A stretch of 64,000 nt of DNA from Phaeosaccion multiseriatum. Lineage: Eukaryota; Protista; Ochrophyta, other classes. Positions 10,683 through 23,305 of this stretch are shown one piece after another. The notes beneath the pieces are model-generated. The model searched no databases. It was given only the letters and a program-made list of their open reading frames with translations, and was not told the origin of the DNA. The DNA lies in the NCBI GenBank assembly GCA_965112735.1, contig OZ218956.1, forward strand, positions 2,170,001 through 2,234,000, given 5' to 3'. A program made the translations under genes and the position numbers. The stretch's first letter is position 1. The number at the start of each line of letters is the position of its first letter.

Positions 10683-13600
10683 CTATTTGAGTGACGGCCT
10701 GGGCGTGGGGGGCGGAGGAGGGAGGAGCAGGAGGTTGAGGTCGACACTGAGCACTGCATGGGCTGCATCGGCTACGGCTTCTTCCGCGTCGCTGCCGCCG
10801 CGAAACGCCACCCCGCCCGCCGCCCCTGCAACGACGGCTTTGCCTGTCCCTGTCACCACAAGACCACGACGAGCCAACACCGACGACACACCCCCACTCT
10901 CAGGCGGAGGCGAAGCAGCGGGACAGCGATAGTTCGACGAGGTGGTGAGCTTGAGGGCGCTCATCTCCGGACTGCTCCTGTTGCCTCCGCAAGACGACCC
11001 CAACGGGGCTCCCTCTTGCTCCGCCGATTCCTCGTTGCCGACCACCGCTGGTGCTAATACCACCGCTGGTGCTAATACCAGCTGTGCGTCCGCCAACTCC
11101 CTACCCGCCCCAACCGCCAGGCCGGGACCACCCGCCAGAGCTCCCCTGGCTCTCTGCTGCCTGCGATTCATCGGCCCGCTCCTGCTGGTGCGGGTGCTGC
11201 TGCTGGTGCTGCCAGTGGAGCCACGTCTGGCCGAGAGCAAGCCGGGTCTTTGCCTGCCTTTGCCTCTCTCTCTTGCCTCCGCTCCCCGCCACGGGTCCGA
11301 GAACGACGCGTCCACGTCATCGTCCCGTCGTGCTTCATTGGAGTCTGCCCGTTCTTTGGCCCCGGCTGAGGCTGAATCTTGCCGCGCGAGGCTTTCCCTT
11401 TCTCTTGGCGTTCGTCCACCTCCTTCTCCTCCTCCCCCTCCTCCTCCTGCTCCTCCTCTTCGTTTTTGTCCTACGGCTCCAGCTCTCGTGGCCCCACCTC
11501 CACCTCCCCTCGCTGCCCCACTCGAGCACGTGCCGCCGGTGCCGTAGCTCATCTCCCGGCGATAGAGCGGCGTCGACACCAGCAGAGCCGCTCGCCCAGC
11601 CGCAATGTCTCCCTTGGGGTCCTCAGTCGCAGCGCCCCACTCGTCCACACCCGCCATGTCGCCCATGAAATCGCCACCTTCTCCATCTAGTGCTTCTGCT
11701 GCTCCCCTTGATGAGGAGGAGGGCAACCAGCTTGCAGCAGCCTCCAGCCTGCCGCCATCCGACAAAAACATGCCCATGCCTTCTTCAGCCTCTCGCCCTC
11801 TGTCACCATCACTACCATTACCATCACCATCACCATCCATCACGCGAGTCAGGGAAAAATCTTTGGAAATTTCGAAGGAGCTCTCCTTCCTCCCCTCTTG
11901 CCCTGCTGCCGGCCCTGCTGCCGGCCCTGCTGCCGCTGCTCCAATCACTGCTGTCGTCGCAATCGTACGCGAGCAGGACGACGCCCCCAGTCTTCTCTCG
12001 CTCTCCAAGACGCTTCCCCTGCTGCGGCTTCTCTTCCGCCGGGTAGTTAGGTAATTGATTCCCCCCTTCTTGGACCGCTGCGCCTCACAAACGCGGGCGC
12101 TGTGGTCAGAGTCAGCATCTGTCTTTATCCCCCCTTTCCAAGCCCCATGAGCCTTCTCTCCCTCCTCCTCCTCCTCCTCCTCCTCCTCCTCCTCCGCAAA
12201 CGGTACTTCCCCCTTCGCGCCTGAAGGGCCCAGGTTGACCTCCTCCGGCCGGACAGCAGCAGTAGCAGCAGCTGGGCGCATTCGTTTCTTCCCCCTTGGT
12301 TTCTTTTGTAGAGGCGAGAGCAGCTGGTGCTTCTGCTCCACTCGTTTGCCCAGAGGAGGCTTTAGCTGGCGCCCTGCCTGCTGCTGTATCACCAACTCCT
12401 CCTCCTGCCGCCGCCGCAGCTGCTCCTGCTGCTGCTGCCTCCCACTACTCTTGTCGCCCTTCCTACTACTCCTGCCCCTGATCTTGAACACCAATAGCTC
12501 TGTCCGCTCCTCTCCGAGACGGTCTGTGGGGAGAAAGTCGTCCCCAATTAGGCCGAGGTTGGCGTAGAAGCCACCCCGCCCAGCACGCCTGGCAGAGAGA
12601 AGCTCCAGCCGAGTGAGGTACCTGAGTAAGAGTAGACGGGGGGAGGGGGGGCAGTTGTTGGCCGGCACGAAGGAGCGCAGTCGTTTGCTGGCCATTGTGA
12701 GAGACCAGACACCACCGAATGGGGAAAACAACCGATATGCCATACAGGCACCCCCGAAAAAACATGCGTACAAACAAGCCTTACCTCTTGTTTCTCTCCA
12801 AACAACCCCCCGCACCCCCGCCTCCTCCCTTGTAGTACTGCTGTTCCTTCCTCTGACACTCGCTTCCCGCCAGACCAAAGAGCTTCCGCGAAGTCGGGGG
12901 TAAGCGAGCGTCGCCGCCCTTGCCCTTGAGCGGAGAGGCAATACGAGTCCCCCGAGCTTCCGCTGCCGCCGCTGATGATGCTGCTGTGGCTGCGGCTGCT
13001 GCTACTGGTCCTGAAGACCGCCGACGATGAGACCTCCGCAGCGACAGTGCTGCCGTCTCTGGTGCTGCCCCTCTGCTCGTCGAGGGCTGCTGAGTAGAGG
13101 AGCAGGGCGGCGTAGTACAAGGGGCCACGTACAGGGCCTCGTTCGTCGTCTTTGAGGCCCCGATGGGGGTCCTTGGGGCAGCGGGATGCGTCTCCGAACA
13201 AGGGCTCGAGACCGGCGTGGGGGCCGGTGGAGGAGGAATTAAGGTGCCCCTCATGGCAGCAGCCGGAGCAGCAGCAGTCGCAGCAGCATCATCTGTCCAT
13301 GTGTCAGGAATGGGGATGCCACATTCGTCCATAGGGGGTAGTGCTGCGCACGGGGGCTGCTCCTGCTCATCGTCCCGCTGCTTTTGCTGCTTTTGCTGCT
13401 TTTGCTGCTTTTTCTTCGCTTGCTGCTGCTGCTGCTGCTGCTGCTGCTTCTGTCCCTTCTTGCCCCCGCGCTTCTCCTGCGACAGCGACTTGTCGGGAGT
13501 GGTGGACAAGTTGAGCAGGCTGCTCCCGCCCAGGGAGGGCACAGCCGCGCAGACTTTTATCCTCATCGCCCGAGCCAGCCGTCGCTTGCTTTCCTCCTCC

Positions 13601-14271
13601 GAGACACTCTCCTCCTCTTCTCCTGTCTCGATCCGAACACCGGCTCCTGTCCCAGTCTCCAGTTCGGGCGCAGTTACTCCTTCTTCGCTCTGCTCTTCTC
13701 CTCCTTCTACTTCTGCTCCAGAACCCTGCGGCTCGACAGTGTTCTGCATGCACCATTCACACTCTTCCCCCCCTTGCTCGAAATCCTCCATGGGGTCGAT
13801 TGCCTCGTCGCTCTCAGAGAAGACAGTGTTTGTCGCCGAGGCTGGGGGTCTCGCACCGGAGACTTCCCCAGTGACACGGTGCTCATCAAAGCTCCTAACG
13901 TCCTCTTCATCTTCTGCGGTTGCCTCCTCTTCCTCATTCTCACCATGACGAGCTTCTGCCCTCTCTTCTTCTCCCTCTTCCTCCTCTATCTCTGTCACGG
14001 GGGGGCGGCTTTGAGGGGTTGTACCAGCGACCTCAGCGACCTCAACACATCGCCCTTGCGAAATTGCCTCTCTGTCCACCGATAAGGCCATCAGCCAGCC
14101 TATACCACCTCTCCTTGGCGTCTCCGAGATTCTCTCCTCCTTGCGCATCTGCTGCTGCTCATGCTGCGAGGGGTTGATGTGCTGAGCTGAGTGTCCACCT
14201 TGCGTCACGCATCTCTTGGCATGGCCTCCACTCATCGCGTAGAGCTCATCGAAGAGGGCCCGGACAGACAT
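10683..14271 (-). CDS. Uncharacterised low-complexity protein (~1140 aa, 2 exons)
   Basis: Two long ORFs joined in phase by intron 12784-12622 (AG|GTAAGG ... CTCAG), giving CLERNKRYLTRLELL. Acidic, poly-Q and G-rich; no domain recognised. Confidence 0.6.
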
Positions 14272-14645
14272 TGCCACGATGTCTTTTTACTGTAGTCTCT
14301 GCCTTTTGAGTTCAGTCAAGAAAAGGGGGGAAAGATAGGAATGCGCCCCACAAGAGGAAAGTAGCATAACTAGGCCTCGCTACAGGGGTATAAGTGCGCC
14401 GAGGAGACGCATGAGCCGAAAGCGGGACGAGAAGAAGAGAGCGTGGAAGTCGCGGAAGGAAAGGGAGGAAAGAGGAAAGGGGAAAGCAGGGGATGGCACT
14501 GGACGGCCGATAAATTCCCCCCCCCTTCTCTCTCCGTTACATAGCTCTTAATTGAACGCAATGAAAACGCAGCTGATGGGACGACAATCCTCGGGATGAG
14601 GTCTCTGTGCGAAGGAATGCTATGAACTGAGTGATCACAGGGAAT

Positions 14646-17345
14646 ATGAATGAGGCAGCGCAAGTGGGCTCCCCCTCCTGCACGATTGGAGACGTGCTGC
14701 GAGGATGCTTATTTACGGAGGGAAGGGCCGTCGTGGTAGATCCACCCATCGATTCGGAAGACGTGAGTTGTGGTCTCACGGGGGAAGACGAAAGGATATG
14801 CCCCTCAACTCCCTGACCTTATCCTCGTCCAATGCAATGTATTCACCTCCCACAGAGCACTCCGGTTATGCTTGGTGAATACGGCAAGTCCATGCTCATC
14901 AACACGTACGTCACCTACGGACAGGTACGACTCCCTGAAGTACGAGCTTTGCGCAGTCACTGTCAAAGGACATTTGTGGAAAGCATCTCCAAAGGAGATG
15001 TTTATCTCCGAGTCTCCTCCTCTCGCACCTTATCCTACCCCCTCTTGACCAACCGGCAACCCGCCCAGTCTTCGCTTCCCCACACCTATAATGTGATCTA
15101 TTACGGGAGATCTGTGCGTCCACTAACCAAAACCCGATCCCACCGACCGACCGACCGACCGATTGACCCACCGACGCCGACTCCTTTCTGTCGTACCCTT
15201 CTCCGCGTTGGTTTCCAGGCTGATGAGTCCCTCAACACGTGGGCCATGCGCGTGCGAGACTTTGTTGACTTTTGCCGCGACGCCAAGCTGGACACGTGCC
15301 ACTCTCCCTGCGATGACTTGGGAAAGCCCTCCCCGGCCCTGCGCAGGAGGGTCAAGGCGCAGCATCTCCTGCAGGTCTGTCTCCATGTGTGTGTACGTGC
15401 GTGTGTGCGTGCGTGCGTGCGCGTTTGTGTGCGTGCATGTGTGCGGGCGTTGTGCTTAGACGCTGTTGACGATGTAAACGACCGCTGTCGGCAGAGCGAG
15501 ACACACCGCGAGAGAGAGAGGGAGAGAGAGAGAGAGAGAGATAGAGACAGAGAGAGATAGACCTACGTCATCAGCACATTTTCATCCGCCCTTGTCACCA
15601 TACGACCCCGCTTGCACGCTCTCAGGGCATCGTCCTCCCCTTCCGGGAAGATATTCACGCAGACGCGGCTTGGGCCGACGAGCAAGACATTTCCGTATCC
15701 TTCGACGAGTTCTATCGCCTGCTGCTCAAGATGACGCAGGTGAGAAGGAAGGGAGAGAGGAGTGGAGAGAGGACGGAGGAGAGAGAGAGAGAGAAGGACA
15801 GGTGGAGAAGTAGAGAGATGGAGAGATAGAGAGGGAGAGAGAAGGACAGAAGGAGAGAGAGAGAGTAGTGACCTTCCGCTATGCGTACGCATGCCCCCTT
15901 CCTCCACAGGTGCTGCACCCGAGACACTACAATGTGGCCCCTGCCAAGGCCCTGGACCTCTTTCTCCACCAAGTCCTGGTGCCTGTGTACACCTTCCGGC
16001 ACGTCCATCGAAGGGTACATAAGGGGGTGCGTAAGGGGGAGGAGCAACGCTTTTTGGTTTCAATTTCGGTTCATTGCTGCTGGTGTGCTGGTGGTGGTGC
16101 CGCTGCTGGTGCCGCTGTTGGTGCCACTGCTGGGTCTTTCTTCCTCACACACGACAACTATGCCTGGCTGTCTCCCCCCTCCGCTCGCTTTTCACACGCC
16201 CCCTCTGTCCGGTTCTCTTCACCCTCCACTCGCTTCTTCCGCGCCCCTCTCTTTGTCTGTCTGCCTCCTTCCCCCCCCCCTCCCAGATGCAGGAGGCCGC
16301 CGATTACGACGGTATGCTGCTGGCCATGCTGCACGCATATGGGCCGAACCTGTGGAGGGTCTTCTTGTTCTACGCTGTGGACGCTCAGGTATGCCGACAG
16401 AGTCACAGAGAGGGGGGGGGGGGCTGATACCTTCAGGGCATGATGACATTTAAGACCTGCTGTCGTACGTCAAGGAAATATTGTCCTCCTCGCGGTTAAA
16501 GAAGCAGCTTGGACCCAGCCTGAGCCCTTATTGTAACCCCTTTGCATCGCTCCAATGGCTACGTATGTATATACGCAGGGGGGGGACTTTCGCAACGAGA
16601 GGGCAGAGACGCTCCTTTACCCGGGCCACGCTCAGGCTATTGAGTACGAGATGACGAGGCGGGTGAGTGGACGGAGTGGACTCGACTCGAAATCTGGTCT
16701 CAATGTCAAAATGTAGTCGGCTCCAGGCGAGGTTTCTCGGGCCCCCGATAAAGCAGAAGCCTGCGGCGGCCTGCGGCCGAAAGTAAGAAGCCTGCGGCTG
16801 GCCTGCGGCCAGAACCCTGCAGAAAGTAGCGAGAAGCCTGCCAAGTCCCCCATTTTTCTCCCAGCCTGAGAAGCCTGAAGCCTGACCACTGGCCTGCGGC
16901 CAGAAGCCTGCGCTGGCCTGCGGCCAGAAGCCCGAAGCCTGGAGGGGGCTACGGCCCAGAAGCCTAAAGCCCGAGAAACCTCGCCTGGAGCCGAATGTAG
17001 AGATAGGTCTTAGACCTGAAGACGGTGTTGGGGGGCTGGCGATGGAAGTGCAATCTCTCTCATATACCCACTCCCCTCCCCTCTCCTCCCCTCTCCTCCT
17101 CTCCGCTCCCCTCCCCTCCCCTCCCCTCCCCTCCCCTCCCTTCCCCTCCCCTCCCCTCCCTTCCTCCGAACTGGTGCCCTCTATTCTTCTCCTGGCTGCT
17201 GTGACAAACAACCCTTGCCGCTGTACTACTCTTGCATGCACACAGACCTTGCCCTGCCTTTGGACAGAGCTCATGGTGTTCCCCTCACACGAGCAGAGAG
17301 GGAGGGAGAGGAACAGCTCGAGGGGGGCGGGAGCGCGAACTGGAC

Positions 17346-17380
<35 letters not shown>

Positions 17381-18118
17381 GCAGCAGGAGGAGGAGGAGG
17401 AGGAGGAGGAGGAGGAGGAGGAGGAGGAGCGCTCCCTCTAGTTTTCTTGACGGAGGCGAGGCTTGCTCAGATGTTCGAGGACTTCGCCGTGATCCCTGAC
17501 CTCCTCAACCGGAGCGAGCTCACAGACGTTTTTGCCGACACGCTGCGAAAGAGAGCCAGAAAAGCAAAGACGCCTCCTCCTCCTCCACCACCACCACCAC
17601 CACCACCACCACCACCACCACCACCACCAGGCAGCTCGACCGCCCAGCAGCAGCCGTCCAGCCGAAGGTCGAGTAGGAGGGCGTCAACTATGGGACTGGA
17701 GAGGTCCCAACAGGGGGGAGGGACAGCGGAGGGGGCTAGATATGGGGACAGCGGTAAGAGACGGGGCTCGCTGCCAATTTATGTCAAAGAGACCAGCAGC
17801 GGCGGGGGGTCGGGTGGTGCTGTGGGGGCAGTCAGGACGGACGAGGAGACGAGTCTGGGCCTGACGGCTCTGGGCCAGACAGGGGGTTTGACGGCGGTGC
17901 AGCAGCAGCTGGGCCTGAGCTACTGCGAGTGGGTGGAGGTGCTGTGCCATGTGGCGCTGGAGGGCATGTCAAGGAAGGCCGCCCTCAAGGCTCTGTACCC
18001 GAGCGGTTTCTCTCGGGCGGCTGCGCTGCTGTCGGTGTGGGGACTCGCAGATCCGGGGCGGCTGACGGAAGCCATGTGCCTACATTCCATGAGTCTGGAT
18101 GCCGGCATCTACACTTGA
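14646..18118 (+). CDS. Uncharacterised protein with degenerate EF-hand-like helical repeats
   Basis: Exons 14646-14762, 14856-14924, 15219-15374, 15626-15739, 15910-16013, 16287-16388, 17246-18118, all phase 0. EF-like segments: FVDFCRDAKL, VSFDEFYRLL, FEDFAVIPDLL, LSYCEWVEVLCHVAL. Confidence 0.7.
16435..16528 (+). ncRNA. Candidate intronic box C/D snoRNA
   Basis: AGGGC-ATGATGA (box C, 16440-16446) ... CTGA (box D, 16520-16523)-GCCCT: a 5-bp terminal stem directly flanks both boxes. 94 nt, on the sense strand of the host intron. C'/D' boxes are not clear. Confidence 0.4.
16717..16994. mobile_element. Non-autonomous TIR element (MITE), 278 bp
   Basis: Perfect 26-bp TIRs TCGGCTCCAGGCGAGGTTTCTCGGGC (16717-16742 and 16969-16994) flanked by the direct repeat ATGTAG (16711-16716, 16995-17000). 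Interior built from GAAGCCT and GGCCTGCGGCC repeats. Confidence 0.88.
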
Positions 18119-18566
18119 TTAATGAACTGACTCGCGTTTACCTGTACTGTGCGTACATAATTGATGTACCATGTTGCCATCCATCCATCTTCCCCCGTCG
18201 GTCGAACAGAACGAGCAAAACTCTGTTGGGTTGTAATTTTTTTTTGTATTTTTCAGAATAGTAGGGGAAGCAGCCCCCACCACTTCGCCCTCTACCTCTG
18301 TGCCCTCCTCGACATGCCCTACCCTCGCCCCGTCTCCTCTCCTTCCATCTCTCAGCAGCTGACGTCAAAATCAGCTCTCCAGACTTGGGGACGGGCGGAG
18401 CAGGTGAAGCGGTGCCCAACGACACACACCACACCAATCATTTGCCCATTGGGAAGGGGCGGGTGACGATACTTAACTCCCTCCAACCCCCCCCCCACCC
18501 CGCCAAGCAAGCAAGCTCGCAATAGCAAACAAATCAAAAGCATTAAGCCAGAGCTAGCTATGCTAT

Positions 18567-21064
18567 TTACTCGTCATCGCCGTCGCCGCTGCCCGCCGCC
18601 TTGGAGGCAGCACGCTTCCTGGCCACACGGCCCGGTCGGCCCTGCCCGTAGGGAGATGTGATGGCGAAGTCAATGTGCTTCTCGCTGTCCGTGCGCACCG
18701 TGAAGGAGGGCACGTTGACGAGCTGCTTGCCCACGCGGATGTGGCGGTGGCGGATGAGCACACGGGCGTGGTGGATGGACTTGGCCAGACCCTGCTTGAA
18801 GACCTGTGAGGGGAGGAGGGGAGGAGGGAGGGCGGGGGTGTTGATTTGTTTGCGTTAGCTTCGCTTGGGAGTGCAGCAGAGAGAACAGGTAGGTAGACTG
18901 GAGCTTGCGTTGATCCAACAAGGCAATGTCTGTGGACCTTACACGCACACACACACACTCCGCCAAGAGAGATGGAGAGCGAAAGAACGAGCGAAAGGGC
19001 GCCAGAGGAAAGAGAGTGCGAGCAACACAGACGACACCCCGCCTCCCGTCTGCCTCGGACAGCACCGCCACTGCCAGCCGACAGCCAAGCCCAAAAGCCA
19101 AGGCTTCTTTCCCTTCCAAGTATTTCCAAGTCGATCCGGTCACCGGTCCGGTCCGGTCAGGTCATTGGCATCGGACGCTCTCTACACTCGTCAATCATGT
19201 GCCACCCACCATCATCACCATCACCACCACCACCACCACCACCACCACCACCACCTCCTCTCCGCTCCTCTCTCTGCAGCTAGCTCACCTTGGTCTGCAG
19301 GCGCCTCTCGAGCAGCCTCTGCGTGGACAGCTGCAGCACGAAGTCGAGCTCCTTCTCCTCGTCGGACAGGAGTCCGAAGCGGGTCATGCGGCGCAGCAGG
19401 GCGGGCCCTCCGAACAGACGCTTGGGGTCCTTGGGGTCGAGGGTCAGCAGGGTACGGGCGGCCTGTGTGCAGACAAGAGAAGAGTGGTGTAGAGAGTGGT
19501 GCAACAGAGTGGTACAGGGCAGGGGGGAGGCAGGACAGAGGAAGGGCAAGGTAAAATGAGCTGAGGCGTGTGGTGTGGAGCTCAGGGTGGGGCACTTGTC
19601 CTTCGAAAGAGTGCATTCTCTAAATACAACACGCCCCTGTTCTTCTCTCCAACTCATAGACCTACTACTCCCCCCATTGTGACAAACGGTACAATGATAG
19701 AATACCTTCCCTAAAGAAAGCCAACATTCATGCTACAAAGCCCCTCCTCCTTCGCCAACCCCTGGTCCAGCACACAAATGTGGGCAGGGGAAACCGCACA
19801 GGCGGCTTGCGACACCTCCAAGCACTGCAGGCACGCATAAGAGGTATCCTGATCGCTCTCTATCCCCCTTCCCCTCTTCGTCCCTCTCTCTCTTTTTCTC
19901 TCTCGCTCTTCGAGCCAAGCCCCAGCGAAGTTTGCTTGCGACAGGGCCGACCTGCTCAGACGACACGCGCCCCCAACTCAAAGCGGAGCGAGGGCCGCAC
20001 GCAAGGCAGGCAAACACCGCACGCCTATACTCATTGATTCTTCTGGAACGAGCGCCTCACCTTGCGGATCTTGGCGAGCGCATACTGCACCCTCCAGATC
20101 TCACGCTTGCAGCGCAGGCCGTACTCTCCCACCAGACGCAGCTCCTGGTCCAGGCGCTCCTTCTCGAAAGGACGCCGGGGCGTCTTATATACCTTGCGGT
20201 CTGTGTGGTGTTTTGGGAGGTGTGGATGGTCACGACAGAGGGTAGGGGGGAGAGTGGGGGTTAGTATGGAGAGCAAACACGATGTCCGAAGGGCAAGCAG
20301 GAAGAGGGCGGCCAATCGTCAACAGAATGAGGCGCCGAGAAAAGGTGATCCACGCGTTAGTGTTGCCTCGCCCGCCACAATCGGCATCCCGTGGCCGGCA
20401 CAGGACGGGAAGAAGGATGGTGAGGACCCTCTCCCTTCCCCCTTGAGGCTGCTGAAAGCTCCACGCCTCTGATATACAGCCTCCTGCCTCTGCCTCTGCA
20501 AACCTCTTGCTGTGCGTGGTGAAGCATTGAAAGCACCCACTTCTCTTCTCTGTCTCGGCCAGTCTCACAAGCACTGGGTTGCTGCCCACAACTTTAAACT
20601 CCGTTCTTCTCTTTCCTCCTCCCTCACGAACCCCTTTACCCTCCCCACCACAGCAGAACAGACCGCTCCCTGTGAGACCTGCTCAGCCACGCCCTCCCCC
20701 GCCCTCCCCCCCCCCCTCTCTCTCTCTCTCAACCCCCTTCACGTCTCCCATCGCTTCCTCTGCTGCTGATTTGGCCATGATAACACTTGTCCACTGATCC
20801 TTTTCAGTTTCGTGCGCGCCTTTCCACTGAGAGCCTGGCGTCTGCACCTCCCCTCTTCCCTCACAATGAGCTTTCCTCCCCCCCGTAGCTGCGAGCCCAG
20901 CCGCGCACTCTTGCCTCAGATGGCGCAGCCGTATCAGGCAGGGGGAGAGAGGGGGATGGAAGGGGACGAGCCGCCACGAGGAGAGCAAGACAGTAGAGGG
21001 AAGCAAGCAAGTAGATATAGGATAGCGACAACTTACAGTTGCGAATAGCGGAGTTCTTAGGCAT
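18567..21064 (-). CDS. RPS9: 40S ribosomal protein S9 (uS4)
   Basis: Exons 21064-21037, 20200-20061, 19462-19289, 18803-18567: [30 protein letters not shown]...[25 protein letters not shown]...[11 protein letters not shown]. Confidence 0.96.
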
Positions 21065-21248
21065 GGTGCACTCTTTCCTACGCTACAGGCAGGCAAAGAG
21101 GGAGGGATTGACCAAGGCCACCGCCCTCCAGGAATTAAGCCCAGGGGGGTCAATACAACCTGGCACTGAAAACTGGTCTATTTGTACGCATATGGGCCCC
21201 TCCCTTTGTTTCCTCGTCATCAACATAAGCATCAGTAGAAGAGAAATA

Positions 21249-22418
21249 ATGGCACCAACAGCGCGTACTGTAGCCCTGCCTCTGCTGCTGTGTGCTGCAG
21301 AGCTGGTGAGAGGGTCCCATGCGTTTGTATCCACGCTGCCCGGCCGGAGCGGGGCTGCGTCATGCTCGCCTCTGTCGCTATCGCCCGCTCCCCCTTCCGT
21401 CTCTCAAGCGAGGCGAGGGGTGCGTCGCCCTCGCAGCGGCCGCGGCTGTGACAGTCGCAGTACAGTGACCCTAAGCCGTAGTGGCTTGCGCATGTCAGCT
21501 GCTGCGGCCTCATCACAGGGCACAACCTCGGGAGTGACCCTTCCGCCGCTGGAGCAGACCGAGGAGTACGCTGCCTTTCTCGCGGAGAGCATCCGGGTGC
21601 ACTTGGACGAGGACTGGATGGAGCAAACTTGCCACGCAGAGATTGGAGACGCGGTGGCCGACATCTATCGCAGCTCGCGCACGGAGGGCGTGGGGGATTT
21701 GTCCGGCCTGCTCATGGCCGTGGGCAACAAGCTCTGCGGCGCGGACTTTGACATGGGAGATGCCTTCGTCAATGGCTGGGACGTGGCCAACATCATGTCT
21801 GACTTCTTGATCATTAAGATGGGCTTGGAGACGTGTGCGTGCAGCACGCAGCTTCCAGAGAGGATGCAGCAGGAGCACCAGCCGCAGCAGCCGCCTTCTT
21901 CGCAAAGCTCGTCGACCGCAGGTATGGAGGAATTGGACGAAAGACTGGGCAATTCGGAGTTTGCAAGGTATCGCTTCCTGTCGGGCTTTGTCGATGAGCA
22001 GGAAGACTGGCGGGACATGAACTTGGTGCTCGCGAGAGAGCTCGGCTTTTTTGGTGACGTCGTTCCTCGCTCCCCGCAGAAGGAGGATGAAGACGAGGAC
22101 GACGACGAGGCTGGCGGAGGCAGGAGATGGCGCGGCGAGGAGAGACGCGCGGTGCCTGAAATGTCCTGGACGGAGCAGTTTGCCGGGGGCCCTCCTCCCC
22201 AGTTTGAGCTGGATGCTGTGGCTCTGGAGAGACTGGAGGGGGAGCTGCCCTCGCACCCGGACGACCTCGAGGGCCTGGAGACGTTCGTGGAGGCCGTCTT
22301 GGGAGAGTCCGCAAAGAAACAGGCGGATGAAGATGTAGAGGGTAATGGCGAGTACCTCAGAAGGTCCGTCGCGGTTAGATGGCTCTATTACAAGGGGTGG
22401 GTGAACAGAGACTGGTGA
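21249..22418 (+). CDS. Plastid-targeted protein of unknown function, intronless
   Basis: Signal peptide ending SHA-FVS (ASAFAP-like) plus S/R-rich transit peptide. The domain LAESIRVHLDEDW...EGVGDLSGLLMAV...FVNGWDVANIMSDFL resembles (from memory) an uncharacterised cyanobacterial/plant protein family. Confidence 0.8.
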   Translation: MAPTARTVALPLLLCAAELVRGSHAFVSTLPGRSGAASCSPLSLSPAPPSVSQARRGVRRPRSGRGCDSRSTVTLSRSGLRMSAAAASSQGTTSGVTLPPLEQTEEYAAFLAESIRVHLDEDWMEQTCHAEIGDAVADIYRSSRTEGVGDLSGLLMAVGNKLCGADFDMGDAFVNGWDVANIMSDFLIIKMGLETCACSTQLPERMQQEHQPQQPPSSQSSSTAGMEELDERLGNSEFARYRFLSGFVDEQEDWRDMNLVLARELGFFGDVVPRSPQKEDEDEDDDEAGGGRRWRGEERRAVPEMSWTEQFAGGPPPQFELDAVALERLEGELPSHPDDLEGLETFVEAVLGESAKKQADEDVEGNGEYLRRSVAVRWLYYKGWVNRDW

Positions 22419-23305
22419 TGTATCGTTCCTGCTGCCGCAAGCAGAAGAGGGTGGGGGGGGGATAGGGTTCGGTTCGGTTTGGTTCCGTCCCTTCCAGCAG
22501 CAGCACCAGCAGCAGCACCAGCAGCAGCAGTATCAGCCTTGCGCGCCGCTTGCTCTACAATGCCTTTCTTCCCTCCAAAACGGTAGGGGGGCGCGCAGTG
22601 AACAAGTTGGTAGTCCAACAGCAGACCGCAAAAGAATAATAACACGTTGCGATAAAAACTCTCTCAGTCTTTCTCTTTTCCGCTCTCTTCTGTGCGTGTG
22701 TACAACTCAAAGACGGCCACCGCCAGTCCCACAGCAGGGAAGGGGAAAGTGGCCACCGTCTCGGCTTGTAGCGACCGTCTGCCTGTAGCGAGTGGGCGAC
22801 AGCGCGAGACTGGGTGCCCATAGGCAGCCCATAGGCAAAGTCCAGGAGGTGGTGTCCTGTTCGCCGGTGCCAACTGAAACGGAAGCGTGAGAGTGTGTCC
22901 TGTTGTGGTGTCTGCCCCGCCCGCCGCTCCTCACACCTGCACTCGTTCCTCGTGAGGCCACTCGATACTCCCGAGGCCAAGAGAAGAGAGCAGCAGCACT
23001 GGTAAGGAGGCCCTCCGCCGGCAGCGCAGGAGCCGCAAGAACGTTGATTGTTGCAGCCCCCAGGTCCTGGCAAGCCCACCCCCCCCCCCCTTCACCTCAC
23101 CTCACTGTGTCGGTCTAAGCACACACGCATCAGCAGCGAACAGCGGGCCCGCCCCCCTTTTGTTCTATCTCCTAGCTCGCACGCCGACATCTCCCAGCCA
23201 AGAAGCCGGCGGGGGAACCCGTTCGACCCTTCCAGGCGCTGCTATTGTTCGAGATTCTCCCTCCTCCTCCTCCTCCTCCTCCTCCTCCTCCTCCTCTTCC
23301 TGCCC

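Noticed and set aside
16755-16925. CRISPR-like repeat array
   Set aside because: Eukaryotic intron, repeats abut without unique spacers and no cas genes; explained as the MITE interior.
19463-21036. snoRNAs in the long RPS9 introns
   Set aside because: No paired C/D boxes on the sense strand; H/ACA structures could not be supported by eye.
22555-23300. ORFs between the plastid protein and the oxygenase; GTTCGA near 23221
   Set aside because: No protein motif, no consistent splice structure and no tRNA cloverleaf; likely convergent 3'UTRs.
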